DNA from: Octopus vulgaris
Taxonomy: Eukaryota
Length of the DNA stretch: 64,000 nucleotides
NCBI GenBank assembly: GCA_951406725.2
Contig: OX597816.1
Coordinates: 15,686,001-15,750,000 of the forward strand
Direction of reading: 5' to 3'
A program made the translations under genes and the position numbers. The notes beneath the pieces are model-generated. The model saw only the letters and a program-made list of their open reading frames with translations. It had not been told where the DNA came from and searched no databases. Of the stretch, positions 27,345 to 40,175 are shown one piece after another; the stretch's first letter is position 1, and each line of letters begins with the position of its first letter.

Positions 27345-27741
27345 TCTTTTATCTCTTTTACTTGTTTCGGTCCTTTGACGGTGGCCATGCTGGAGCACCA
27401 CCTTTAGTTGAGCAAATCGACCCCAGGACTTATTCTTTGTAAGCCTAGTACTTATTCTATCGGCCTCTTTTGCCGAACTGCTAAGTTATAGGGACGTAAA
27501 CACACCAGCATCGGTTGTCAAGCGATGTTGGGGGGGGGACAAACACAGACACACAAACATATACACACACATATATATATACATATATACGACAGGCTTC
27601 TTTCAGTTTCTGTCTACCTAATCCATTCACAAGGCTTTGGTCGGCCTGAAGCAATAGTAGAAGACACTTGCCCAAGTGGAACTGAACCCAGAACCATGTG
27701 GTTGGTAAGCAAGCTACTTACCACACAGCCACACCTGCGCC
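27345..27741 (-). mobile_element. SINE family B
   Basis: Reverse complement of the family B sequence. Confidence 0.85.
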
Positions 27742-28630
27742 TAACTTTACATTCCACCTGGACTCCTGAACAAAAAAATAAATAGTTGCATTTACAGCTC
27801 AAGAGTAACGATTACAGGTGAACTAATGGACAGAACCAACTGCATCTTCTTTTCCAACATGTATTGTTCAATACCTTTTTACTGAGAATCCAACAGGGAC
27901 AATGTCTAACCTATTCTCACTATAGCAGGAATACAGTATGACAGGGATTATCATATAAACGTTACATTTCCATGTTGGATTTATGGAAAAAGAATACCAA
28001 TAAACAAATCTGGACTAAGTAGTATTTTCTGGGTAGTTAATAGGTACCATAATGTCTCAACGGAATGATATAATATAAGGAAAAAGTAATTGAAAAATAA
28101 ATTGATGTTGGCTAATGAGCCTGAAAGCAATCATTCTATAACTTAGAATAAAAGCAATCATTCTATAACTTAGCTTGGTTTTACCAACAGTTTCTGGTAT
28201 ATACTCATCTGCCAGTTCTGCCATAACCCAATGAAGGTTTTAAATATAAATATACTTTGGTAGGGTGGATATTTTCGTTTTTATTCTATTTGATTTGAAG
28301 ATTACCCACCATTCTACCTAAAACCATATATGTAGGTATATATAAGTATATTTATGTATGTACTTGTGTGTATATATATATATATCATTATCATCATCAT
28401 CATCATCATTTAGCGTCCGTTCTCCATGCTAGCATGGGTTGGAAAATGCTGCTGTATTAACAATTTTTAATCTGTATAAGCTGGAAGGCTGTCATCAGGC
28501 TCCTGTCAGATCTTTATCAGTGTTTCTACGGCTGGATGCCCTTCCTAACGCCAAGAAATTCACTCCGTGAGTGTACAAGTGGGTCAGACATCTTAGAGTT
28601 CATGTACATATATATATATATATATATATA

Positions 28631-28664
<34 letters not shown>

Positions 28665-29220
28665 AAAGCGGTCAATACAGAAGATTGATGTTTCCGAAAG
28701 AGCGAGGAATTCATTTTTACCTTAAGCAAATGTGATGACCCATGGTGTATGTGTGTGACCCATATATGTATGTGTGTGTTTGAACAAGTTGTACTGGATT
28801 ATATGTTACCTGTAGCACACAAGATTGATCTGACATAAAATACATGTGTGTGAATATGTATTTACATGTATATATAAATGTGTGTGTGTGTGTAAATATG
28901 TATAAAATTAATTTCATATCCACTTATTGCATGGTAGCATGAGTTAGACAGGAGTATTGGTGTGGAAGTATTCTTCAACTGGATACTCTTTCTGTCTCCA
29001 ACGATCAAAAAGTGCATTCAAGTATGATACTTATTTCTCTGGGATTTTGGACAACATACCATTGGACATGTTTTATGGGCAGAAGCAAATAATGATATCA
29101 CCATATAAACAGTAGCACTGTTACAAATTGAGTAAGGCAAGCATACAGTAAGTCAAGCCAGCCAAATCAGATAACAATGAACTCAAGTACTTTAAAAGGC
29201 TTTAAGTAATTTTGAAACTA

Positions 29221-29711
29221 ATCATCATCATCATCATCATTGTCTCGACCATGGTCGAGACAATGGAATTTACCATGCTACGCCAGACTTCACGGTCCAT
29301 CATGACATTACGGAGGTCCTGTTGCTTGATGCCTGTATCCCTGGAGATTACATCAGGGTAGGAGAGTGTGCACCTTCTGGTATTGCAAGTAGATGGCTTC
29401 CAGAGGAGAAGAGTAGAAATTACCTCTTTTTCAGCTCTACAACAATGTGTAACAAACTGGACTCTCCTACCTTTCACAAGAGATGACACAGGTGGTAGTT
29501 TCCCATATATTTGCATTTTGGTTGGATGGCGCTTCCACGAAAGATTTTGAGCTCTCATAAGGAGGCGAGTGTAGGTTCCATCCAACTGCCTCTCAAGCTT
29601 CTTTGATAACGTCCAGGTTTCTGAGCCATATAGTAGAATTGGTTCGACTGTGGCTTTGAAGATTTCAAGTTTGAAGTCTCTACTTAGATTTGATGACCAG
29701 ATCTTATGCAT
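29221..29711 (-). mobile_element. 5'-truncated RTE-like non-LTR retrotransposon 3' end (RT C-terminal region) with (ATG)n tail
   Basis: Open 169-aa frame with EPILLYGSETWTL...LSWKRHPT...MMDREVWR, typical of the region downstream of RT in RTE-type LINEs. It runs directly into a (CAT)n tract at 29221-29240. Confidence 0.85.
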
Positions 29712-30782
29712 GAACTGTATTCTATACTTGTAAAAGTGTATAAACTTCCTATTTTTGTTAATATTGACTACTCTTCACATTGATATATGAAGCTTTCATA
29801 ATCACAATATATATATATATTTCATTTGCTTGCATTGTAGGTATTCAATCTTCTTATTGTATAAATGCGGTCATCGTAAATAGATATCCACTTAATAAAT
29901 TTCTTTCTTGAATGACTATGCACAGTTAAAACATTTAGGTGTGATAATAATTACATGAAATTGTTTACTTAATAAATATTTACTCATATGAGACACCTCT
30001 ACAACTACTAGTAATCCATCACTGGGAACATTTCAAATTCCTTTTTCTTCTTTCCTCCTTCTGCAGCTGTTTAAACCTGCCAAAATAAAGAAAATAAGTT
30101 TTTCAATTTAAAAGCAGCGTATAAAATGATATTCTGCAAATGTTACATTTGAAAAGCAAATTGCTTGAGCCATCTCGCCCAGAACTTTCATGCATATATA
30201 CATATGTATATAAATTTACATGTGTGTGTGTGTGTGTGTATGTATATATAAATATATATATTCTGTTAATTTTAAATCCATTATTTATTCATAATTTTAA
30301 ATGAGAAATTCAGAAAGGCAGGATATCATTATGTTATTAAGTTTATTATGCAGAATTATACTAAATTAACCATTTCATTTCTGAATAAAGTTTGTTTATT
30401 TGTATTAGAGCATTTGCACACTTTTTATCTAAGGAAAAGAAATCCTCATCTCTCTCTCTCTCTCTTCCTCTTTATGCATATGCATAAACACATGCTTAGA
30501 GAAAAAAAATATGCATCCTTGCATTAAGACATGCTCAGATGCATATATACACACACACATATATATATATATAAGCATACACAAACACATACATTCATTC
30601 ATTCCTTGTGTATATATGTATAAACATATATTCATTCTCTCACTCTTTCACACACTGAATGCAGTACATGTACACAGAATTGTAGCAATAGGGTGAACAT
30701 AGTTTACAAAAAGAGAGTAAAAGTTATATTTCTTTGAAGAATATACGTAGGAAATGCTTGAAAGAGAATTTCTTTTGTGATA

Positions 30783-30818
<36 letters not shown>

Positions 30819-30942
30819 GCTATTGTTGGTGGTGTTGTTGTTTTTGTTGCTATGGTTGTTACTATTTGTTCATTTAGTATTCTTTTGGGGTTTTTTTTTT
30901 GTATGTCTATTTTCCAAGCTGTATTCAGTGTTCTTGTTGTTG

Positions 30943-30991
<49 letters not shown>

Positions 30992-31098
30992 TATTATCAT
31001 CATTATTATTGTTATTAAAAGTGGAATTAGTTACTAACAACAAGAGAGAGTTTTGCTCTTTTTGTAAGTTAGTAAAAGATAAATAATGATAATAATAA

Positions 31099-31142
<44 letters not shown>

Positions 31143-31717
31143 TAAAACAAAACGTAAATACACGATTAAATAAATAAAATATATAAGTAAGTAAATAAAT
31201 AAAATTAAGATCAGTTTGATAAAAGAGAAGCTTCTGAAAGGAAATAGTATTTCTCGGCTTGCTTTGTAAATTGTAAATCCCTGACAGCTGAAATTTTGCT
31301 CTTCATATAGGAAAATGAAGAGAAAAAGAAAATTTATCTATGAAAACAAAAACTAATAAAAAAGTGAAAAATGGAAAAAAACAACCCCAAAAAAACCTAT
31401 AGGAATAAGTCGAAAGAAGTATACTTTGTACAATGCTTGTTATTGCTGTTTATGTAAACTCAACTGTGGTGGGCATCAGAGCTTCTAACCAACCACAATA
31501 TGTTACGAAATGTGTGCGTGCATATACACACATATATATATTTCTGGAATTTGCTAGTGTTTTTAAAAAGCACAATGAAAAGAAAGGCAATGAAAAGAAG
31601 AATTTTGTTTTCAGAAATAATAAACTCATTATCTTTTGCTTCTTATTATAATTTTTTTTTTTTTATATATATTTCATTATTTCGTAATATTTATCTGTCT
31701 ATTCAATTTATTTTACT

Positions 31718-31968
31718 GATATGAATTCCAGCTTGGAAGGCGGGTACACAGAGCTAGGGTTAGGCTAGGCTATGTTAGGCCATCACTGATTGCCTAAAGA
31801 TCTCAGGGGTCTCTCCTTCTCAAAAGAAATTCCAAGAGCTGCTTCTATTTTATCAATATGAATTCCAGCTAGGCAAGACTAGGCTTGGCTATGTTATGCT
31901 AGGCCATGACTGACTGCTTAAAACCTCATGGGCTTCCCTTCTTGAAAGAAACTCCAAAGCTGTTTCTA
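31718..31968. repeat. Diverged tandem duplication (~135-bp period)
   Basis: ATATGAATTCCAGCT...AAGAAA.TCCAA..GCTG.TTCTA occurs twice. Confidence 0.7.
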
Positions 31969-32028
31969 CACAGTTGTTCTTCTTCCAATCATAGCCTCCC
32001 ATATTACAAAAACAAGTTACTCTCTCTC

Positions 32029-32429
32029 TCTTTTACTCTTTTACTTGTTTCAGTCATTTGATTGTGGCCATGCTGGTGCACCGCCTTTAATCGAGCAAAT
32101 CGACCCCGGGACTTATTCTTTGTAAGCCCAGTACTTATTCTATCGGTCTCTTTTGCCGAACCGCTAAGTGACGGGGATGTAAACACACCAGCATTGGTTG
32201 TCAAGTAATGCTAGGGGGACAAACACAGACACACAAACACACACACATATATATATACATATATACGATGGGCTTCTTTCAGTTTCCGTCTACCAAATCC
32301 ACTCACAAGGCATTGGTTGGCCCGGGGCTATAGCAGAAGACACTTGCCCAAGATGCCGCGCAGTGGGACTGAACCCAGAACCATGTAGTTGGTTAGCAAG
32401 CTACTTACCACACAGCCACTCCTGCGCCT
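32029..32429 (-). mobile_element. SINE family B (low divergence)
   Basis: Reverse complement is nearly identical to the 21619 copy. Other family B copies lie at ~10529-11036(-), 24507-24872(+), 32880-33060(-), 40975-41365(+), 58183-58425(+) and 60293-60666(-). Confidence 0.88.
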
Positions 32430-32747
32430 ATCTATAGACTTTTCACATTCAGATGGAATGGTCATGGCTGGAATGCCTTTTATCATTTGCTTGCACTATG
32501 AGAGAGCATCAGTGAACAGCAATTACAGCAACAAAATCAAGAACCATCCCCAGGGAGTATAGATTAAATTCATTTCAGATTGCAGATCCCCAGAGAGAAA
32601 GACATTTGGGAAATGTTGAGTCACCAGCCATGTCTAGGTGTGGAATATCTAAATCAAGATCATATATATTTTATGTCCTGTGGGAAATGAAATAGTTTCA
32701 GGGTGACTGGGGGCTAAACCTCAACAAATGTTACAAAAGCTTTCTTC

Positions 32748-32786
<39 letters not shown>

Positions 32787-33195
32787 TTGGAGTGTTGTAT
32801 CAATCTAGTATACACTGAACATAGTCATTGATCAATATAATGTAAGCAGAGGCAAATGCTATCTTTCTTACTCTTTTGGTCTTTTACTTGTTTGTCATTT
32901 GACTGTGGCCATGCTGGAGCACCGCCTTTAGTCGAGCAAATCAACCCCAGGACTTATTCTTTGTAAGCCTAGTACTTATTCTATCAGTCTCTTTTTGCCA
33001 AACTGCTAAGTTACGGGGACATAAACACACCAGCATCGGTTGTCAAGCGATGTTGGGGGGACTGACATTACAACTTTAGTCAACACATAAGACAGCTATT
33101 ATGCTTTCTCCCCACAAAAAACCACCACGTGGATTCTGTTGAGACTAGTAAGAAACAATTATGAACATTTTTATTACACTTAACTTATTAAAATA

Positions 33196-33243
33196 TTTTT
33201 GACATGGTTCGATTTTTCAAGAAGAACCGAAACATGTAAAATT
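33196..33243 (+). ncRNA. Degenerate hammerhead-like motif
   Basis: Stem II GGTTC/GAACC followed by GAAA-CATG-TA (palindrome ACATGT). The 5' core is eroded (TTGACAT). A (TA)n tract lies ~50 nt downstream. Confidence 0.35.
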
Positions 33244-33288
33244 TCTAAGAAAATTAAAATTTATCTTGTATAGTGGCATTTTCAAACT

Positions 33289-33336
<48 letters not shown>

Positions 33337-33595
33337 ATAAAATATTAGGGAATAAATCCAAACTTACAGGGAAAAATCAGATTTAGGATTAAATCCAATT
33401 TTATAGTATAAATATATTATATTATATTATATTAAATTAGAGATAAAATCACTATTAGGCAAATCAAACAATGAAAAACATAAGCCAATACATAAAATTA
33501 ATTTAATTTATATTATTTTAAATATATATCAAAAGTATTAAAAGTTATGTTTTTCATTGTTTGATTTGCCTAATAGTGGTTTTATCTCTAATTTA

Positions 33596-33638
<43 letters not shown>

Positions 33639-33783
33639 AAGATAAACACAAATTTATATTATAGTTCCTATGTGCATTTACCCATTATGGTTGTTTGGAG
33701 TCCAGCAATAGGTGTTCCAAGTGCATTTAGGTGCTTAACTGCAATAAATCATCAGAGAACACTTTATTGCATCAAGTTACAGA

Positions 33784-33815
<32 letters not shown>

Positions 33816-34333
33816 AGTGGAGCCTGGTGCAGCCATCTGGTTCGCCAGTCCTCAGTCAAATCGTCCAACCCATGCTAGCATGGAAGGCAGACGTTAAATG
33901 ATGATGGTGATGATGATGATATGTGTGTGTGTAGGAAAAATAAGGATAAACATAAATTTATATTATGTGTTTATTCTTATTTCTCCTACATTTGCTCTCA
34001 TCATAACTAATGATACTACTCAGTATAGAAGTTACTTAACAGTTACAGAAAGCAGACTGGATTATGAAAATCTATGTGGAGCTCTAAACATAACAGTTGC
34101 AATAAAACATCTACTTGTACACATAACTTCTAGTTTATATATATGTATGTATATTCTAGGCATAACTGTTTGGTTAAGAAGTTCACTTACTTATGTGGTT
34201 TCACTTACTTATGTGGTTTACTTATGTGGTTTTGGGTTCAGTCCCACTGTGTGGTAATTTGGACAAGCGTTTTCAGCTATAGTCCCAGGTCAGCCAAAGC
34301 CTTATAAGTGAATTTGGCAGATGGGGACTAAAA

Positions 34334-34733
34334 GGCGGCGAGCTGGCAGAAACGTTAGCATGCAGGGCGAAATGCTTAGCGGTATTTCGTCAGCTGCTAC
34401 GTTCTGAGTTCAAATTCCGCCGAGGTCAACTTTGCCTTTCATCCTTTTGGGGTCAATTAAATAAGTACCAGTTACGCACTGAGGTCGATATAATCGACTT
34501 AATCCGTTTGTCTGTCCTTGTTTAGCCCCTTGTGGATAGTAAAGTAATAGGTATTTCATCTACCATTACATTCTGAGTTCAAATTCTGCCGAGGTCGACT
34601 TTGCCCTTCATCCTTTCAGGGTGGATAAATTAAGTACCAGTTATGCACTGGGGTCGATGTAATCGACTTAATCCCTATGCCTGTCCTTGTTTGTCCCCTC
34701 TATGTTTAGCCCCTTGTGGGCAGTAAAGAAATA
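34334..34733 (+). mobile_element. SINE family A, partial dimer nested in a family B SINE
   Basis: Two body units; TSD AGATGG(G/T)GACTAAAA at 34319-34333 and 34734-34748. Confidence 0.85.
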
Positions 34734-35654
34734 AGATGGTGACTAAAAGAAGACCATCATATATGTGTTGTGTGTGCTAGTATGTATTTACATTTGTGCT
34801 TCTCTGAATATCACAAGCTGCAAGCAGTAATGTTATTTCTCTTGTCAACAAATCATCAGCTTGCTTTGTGTCTTCAAAGACACATGAAATAAGCAACCAC
34901 TTACTTGAAAAACATGCAAGGGTTAGCTACAGGAAGTGCATCTTAGTATTATACTCACTTAACCCAGCTAGCATGAGAAAGCAAACATAAATCAAACTAC
35001 AACAGGGTATGATTTGAGGGAGATTTGGTCTCTATTCCAAGCAGCTTGAGCAACCACCATATCGAAGCTTCTTTTTTACATTGAATTCATAACAGGTTCA
35101 CATGTATTAAGAGTTAAGTTGTCAACACCATTGACTTGACTTTGTAGCAGCAAAAAAAATACTATCACCAACTACTACCATCACGTGGAAACTGAAGTGG
35201 TTAGACAGCAGAAAATTGGCCAACACAGTGAGAGGCTGGCAACTGAATTTTTACTCAGAAAATAATGATGGCAGCCAATCATACCATCACCGCCTCCACT
35301 GCCAACAGTTGCATAACTCCTTCTGAAGTCAAGCGGAGAAAACAGCAGCATCTAGCCAGTTTCTAGCATGTTGCTTGGTTGTTATTTTAGCGTTATAGAG
35401 ATACTGATCAAGTGGCTGATAAGGGAGGCTGTGCGTGAAAAGCAACCATAGTTACTGGAATTGGTAAACTAGTGACGCTCTGCTTCCGTCATGGATTTCA
35501 TGGGAAATATAAACAAATGTGATATATGCTGCTGTGTCAAAGGTTATCATTTTAGGCAGTGGGCTTTCTCTGTGTGTATGTGCATGTGTGCATGCATTTA
35601 TATCTGGATTTAATGAATGGAAAAAAGAACAGAAGTTTTATAATCATCTTTCTT

Positions 35655-35731
35655 AACTTACAGTAGTTTCTGCTGTAAGAAGCAATGCACTTAGAGGTAT
35701 TCATACAACAGCCTACAGCTTTTTCAGAGCT
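35655..35731 (-). ncRNA. Degenerate hammerhead-like motif
   Basis: Minus strand: AGCT-CTGAAAA-A-GCTGTA...TACAGC-A-GAAA-CTACTG-TA-AGTT. Core G8 is changed to A. Confidence 0.45.
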
Positions 35732-36010
35732 ATTAAAATGTTTTTCTATCTTTCATTAATTAATATTATGCTCAGTTCTGTCCTGACCTTTAACTAGAAA
35801 GAATAAGCATATTGAGTTCTGACAACTGGTTATTAGTACCTTCAGAAGCAAAATCATATATATATGAGAAAAGCACTGTTGAAGTGTTAGGTGAAGTTTG
35901 GCAATCAAGGATCGAATCCATGCTATGCCTGCATGAAGCCACTAGAAATACGTTGTGGAATAAAAAAATTTATCAACTGTCATGGAAAAAGTGTAACTGT
36001 AAAAATGCAG

Positions 36011-36092
<82 letters not shown>

Positions 36093-36740
36093 GTATGTGT
36101 ATACACACACACATGCATATGCACACTCAATTGCTGAAAACAACATATATGGATATTTGAATTTGCAGAACTAGACAACCCAATGAATTCATTCAGTTAT
36201 AGATACAAATATAATAATATCAGATGCCATTTTAGGAACAACAGTGGTGGCAGCATAGAAATATAGGGTGGGAGGGTTATGGGTGGATATTTGCTATTGA
36301 TTGGTGAAGGTTATTTTCTTAAAGCAACTCATTAATTCATCAGAAGACTAATTATTTTATTTCATTGTTTCATTATTTTTCCTGATTACATTATTCAATA
36401 GACTTCCTTTCAAGTAAATTCAGTTTACTCTATGAGATTTCACTACCATGCTGTGTATGTAGATGAGAAGAAACGTATGCCTCTTTCTCTTTCACTCTCT
36501 CTCTCTCTTTTACTCTCTCACTATCTCTCTCTTTAACTATCTTTCTCTCTGTATGTTGCCATGAAAGAAGGGAAAAAATGCAAAACTCTGACTAGTGACT
36601 GTATCATATCTCAGATTTTATTGCATATGCATAAGGTAAGATGGCCAAGAAGAATATACAAATGAGTCTCAGTAGGTGATGTCAGTATATACATGTGTGT
36701 GTATGTGTCATCATACGTGTGTGTGTGTGTGTGTGTGTAT

Positions 36741-37308
36741 ATCATTATCATTGGCGCCATCAAACGTCTGTTGTCCATACTGACACGGGTTGGTTGGTTT
36801 GACTAGAGCTGATAAGCTAGGAAACCGCACCAGAATCCAGTCTGATTTGGCTTGGTTTCTATGGCTGGATGCCTTTTACAGAGTGTATTGGGTGCTTTGA
36901 CTTATCAAAGCACATGCTCTTTTACATGGCACCACCATAATTACTTTACACCCTCAGTGGGACCAATCTTAATGCTTCTGCTGTGGAGTATGGGTTTTTT
37001 TGAGTACAGCAAGGCACCAGGTATCTCTGTCCTTTGTCATCTTGTCTGAAAGATTCAGCATCCTGAGGTCATTCTTCAATACTCCAACCCATGTCTTCCT
37101 GGGTCTCCCACTTTCACATTTTCCATCCACTTTGTGAGATCATCTGAGATCACCACTTCTTTACAGTGTTGTCAGCATCCGTCTGCATAGCATGACCAAA
37201 CCAGTGCAGTTTTCTCTCTTGCAGATTGCAACCAATTCCTCTTATGCCTAACTTCTCTCTCAAAACATTAGCACTCTGTTGAACATGCACACTTACATTA
37301 CTTCCAAT
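36741..37308 (-). mobile_element. RTE-type LINE 3' fragment: degenerate ORF end plus 3' UTR (source of repeat family C)
   Basis: Minus strand reads ...LREKLGIRGIGCNLQERKLHWFGHAM...KVDGKCESGRPRKTW...MTKDRDTWCLAVLKKT* (stop at 36969-36971). It continues into the GGCATCCAGCCATAGAAAC...CCAACCCGTG...GGACAACAGACGTT motif and an ATG-rich tail. Confidence 0.8.
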
Positions 37309-37325
37309 GGTATATGCACACGCAC

Positions 37326-37535
37326 ATTAGCATGCCGGGCGAAATGCGTAGCCGTATTTCGTCTGCCGTTACGTTCTGAGTTCAAATTCCGCCGAGGTCG
37401 ACTTTGCCTTTCATCCTTTCGGGGTCGATAAATTAAGTACCAGTTACGCACTGGGGTCGATGTAATCGACTTAATCCGTTTGTCTGTCCTTGTTTAACCC
37501 CTCTGTGTTTAGCCCCTTGTGGGTAGTAAAGAAAT
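37326..37535 (+). mobile_element. SINE family A, 5'-truncated monomer
   Basis: Near-identical to the body at 5360-5570. A similar copy at ~50396-50590 is nested in a family B element. Confidence 0.85.
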
Positions 37536-37616
37536 ATATATTAATGTATGCAGTCGCCATGATAGATTGTTAGCCACTACACACATTATTTTTCTCTCCT
37601 TGTTTTTTCTGTGTCC

Positions 37617-37652
37617 CTTTCTGTAGAAGAGCATAGGCTCGAAACGTAAAAG
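37617..37652 (+). ncRNA. Minimal hammerhead-like motif with core variant CUGUAGA
   Basis: CTTT-CTGTAGA-A-GAGC-ATAG-GCTC-GAAA-CG-TA-AAAG. Stems I and II are perfect, stem III is the ACGT palindrome, and A6 is replaced by U. Confidence 0.6.
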
Positions 37653-40123
37653 ACTTTTTCTATTCCTGAATATTATACTAATACATCTGTTTGTTGTCTA
37701 CACCACCTGTCTTCGTCTTTTGTTTTTTTCGTAAACTCTCCTTATATATGAATGTATGTGTGTGCATGTGTATATATATATATATGTATATATGTTTATA
37801 TATATATAGTAGATAGACAGACAGACAGACAGATAGATAGAAAGAAAGAAAGAAGCAGCCTTCAACTTTCTCTATCCAGAGATTTCTTTTTGTAACTCAA
37901 TATTTGGACACTATTATTTATAGTTTTGTTCTTTGAATTCAACTATTTCAAAAATGAATTATTATATATATATATATATGAAGTGGAATGCTCTCCACCT
38001 CATCCTATGTATGAGACCACTCATTCTCTATGTGTCCTCCTGTAACTTTAAGGGAAAATTGTGACGAGGACTTGTATTATAGTTTGAATTTCATTTGGTT
38101 GGAATCTAGAGTTGTCTAGGTCACAAAGTACTTACAGAAAGTAAAGTAAAACAGGATAATTTGCTTACACAACTTTTAGTTATATCATCTTACTACAATT
38201 TCAGTTGTTTTAATAGCAGATATAACAATGCCATCATCTGCTCTGCATGAAAACTAAAGATTGCTGAGAACTATGCAGTCTCTGAAGATTTGACAATGCA
38301 TGTAAGATGATGATGTAAATGAATATTATATAAACAAACTTTCCAGTAGCATGCCACCTAGCTGGCCACTGCATACAAGCTGTGTGTGTGTGTGTCTGTA
38401 GATGTATGTGTGTGCATATATACATATGTGTGTTTGTAGGAATAAGCCTCAGTGTGTATGTGTGTCTGTGTGTTGCAATGAAAATCAGGGTTAATGCAAA
38501 CCTCTGAGTAGACAATGTCATGTCTTAGATTTTAATATATAAGCATGGAAAAGATAGTGGGCTGACAGAATCGTTAGCACACCAGACAAAGTGCTTGGTG
38601 GCATTACATGTGTCTTTACTTTCTGAGTTTAAACTCAGCCAAAGTTGGCTTTGCTTTTTATTCTTTCTCTACTCAAGCACTGAGGTTGATTTAATTGAAT
38701 TACTCCCCCACCACCTCCTGAAATTGCTGGCTTTTTGCCAACATTTGAAACCAATATATAAGTATTGAAAAACATCCGTGTAGAACATACAAATGAGACA
38801 CAGCTGGTGTCACCAGTAGATATTTACTGACTAGGATAGCTGCACATTGTTATATTATATTACAAATGTTGTGTTGAAGAAATGACTTTGAACATTAGCC
38901 CTTAATAGTACGGTCTCACTGAATGAACCTGACAATCTGGCAATGTTTACTAACAACAACAAATGTAAATGTTGCCTAAATAGGTCTAAGCATGACTGTG
39001 TAGTGTAGAAGCTTAATTCCAATCACATGAGTTCACTTTCACTTTCAAAGCCGCTTTATGGCTTCTTGGGCAATTGTCTTCCCCTGGGTTTACCAATGCC
39101 TTCTGTGGAAAGAAGGAAGTGCATTACATGTATGTATGTATTTATGTATGGACTTGTTAACAGCACAAGCATGTCTATACAATACAAATTTACATTTGCT
39201 TCATTGATATAATCAGTTTATGGTTTTCTAGATATTTGTTTTTAGTTTGTCTCTGTTTTTTATTTTTTTTTTCCTTTTCCCAACATCAAAATATGTTTAA
39301 AAAAAAATAGAAAAGAAAAACAGAAACTAACATAGATTTTCATTTAGATAACCTTTCTGAACTGTTTAATCTCTGAACAATTCTTTTTTCCCTCTGCTGC
39401 TAAATATACAGTCTACATTTACTTAGTGGTTCATTCCTCGCTATTTGAGCAAGTCTGAAAAGACCATACTTCACTGAAGATGTCTGAATAAAACTGAAAC
39501 CTGTCTGGAGTTATCTCCTCTATACTCTGCAAGAAAAATGAAAAATAAATTGAAAAAAAAAGCAATAACTAATGTCTTTTTTCTTCAATGCATATTCATA
39601 TTTTCATAAGTTTTTCCTAAATTTTCATCTAGTATTAAATTTATTAACACTCATCAATTATTTCTCGTGTTGATAATATTTCAGATTCATTCAATCTACA
39701 ACTAATTCAGTTACAATTACTTTCCAATAGTTCTTATTACAACACACATATAACAGTGATATAGCTTTGGTTATGTGAATGAAATATCTTTTTTTTTTCC
39801 CCTTGTGATTCCAGTCCAGCTATTTTAGGTGTTTTATGAGCAGAAATGTATTCCATTCTTTGTTACTCTTGCCTCTCAATCCCATGATCCCTCTCTCCTA
39901 CCTATCTTTCTTACCTAACATTCTTCTACCTCTTTTCTTTCATCATTTATGTCATCTTCCCTCATATAATACCTCCCTCCCTCTCCCTTTCTTCCACGTC
40001 TGCTCTCCTTGGATTTACAACTTCAGTACCCATGCATATCTTACATCTATTTTCTTCACTTCACTTCACTCTCTATTTTGTATCACATCTAAACTAACTA
40101 TGACTTAACCATCATCTCACACT

Positions 40124-40175
40124 GTCTCTGAAGAAGGGATATAATTAATAAATATCCTAGAAACAGCTGTAAGAC
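40124..40175 (+). ncRNA. Type I hammerhead motif, intact core
   Basis: GTCT-CTGAAGA-A-GGGATAT-(AATTAATAA)-ATATCCT-A-GAAA-CAGCTG-TA-AGAC. Stem I GTCT/AGAC; stem III is the palindrome ACAGCTGT. Confidence 0.7.

Noticed and set aside
30019-30076. Minus-strand terminal exon candidate FKQLQKEERRKRNLKCSQ*
   Set aside because: An acceptor-like signal exists on both strands here, and there is no supporting upstream exon or homology.
30947-31142. (TTA)n followed by (AAT)n forming an apparent long inverted repeat
   Set aside because: A trivial consequence of adjacent opposite-strand microsatellites.
36561-36635. ATG-initiated 25-codon frame ending at a strong donor AAG|GTAAGA
   Set aside because: No promoter or homology evidence; such signals are expected by chance in 64 kb.
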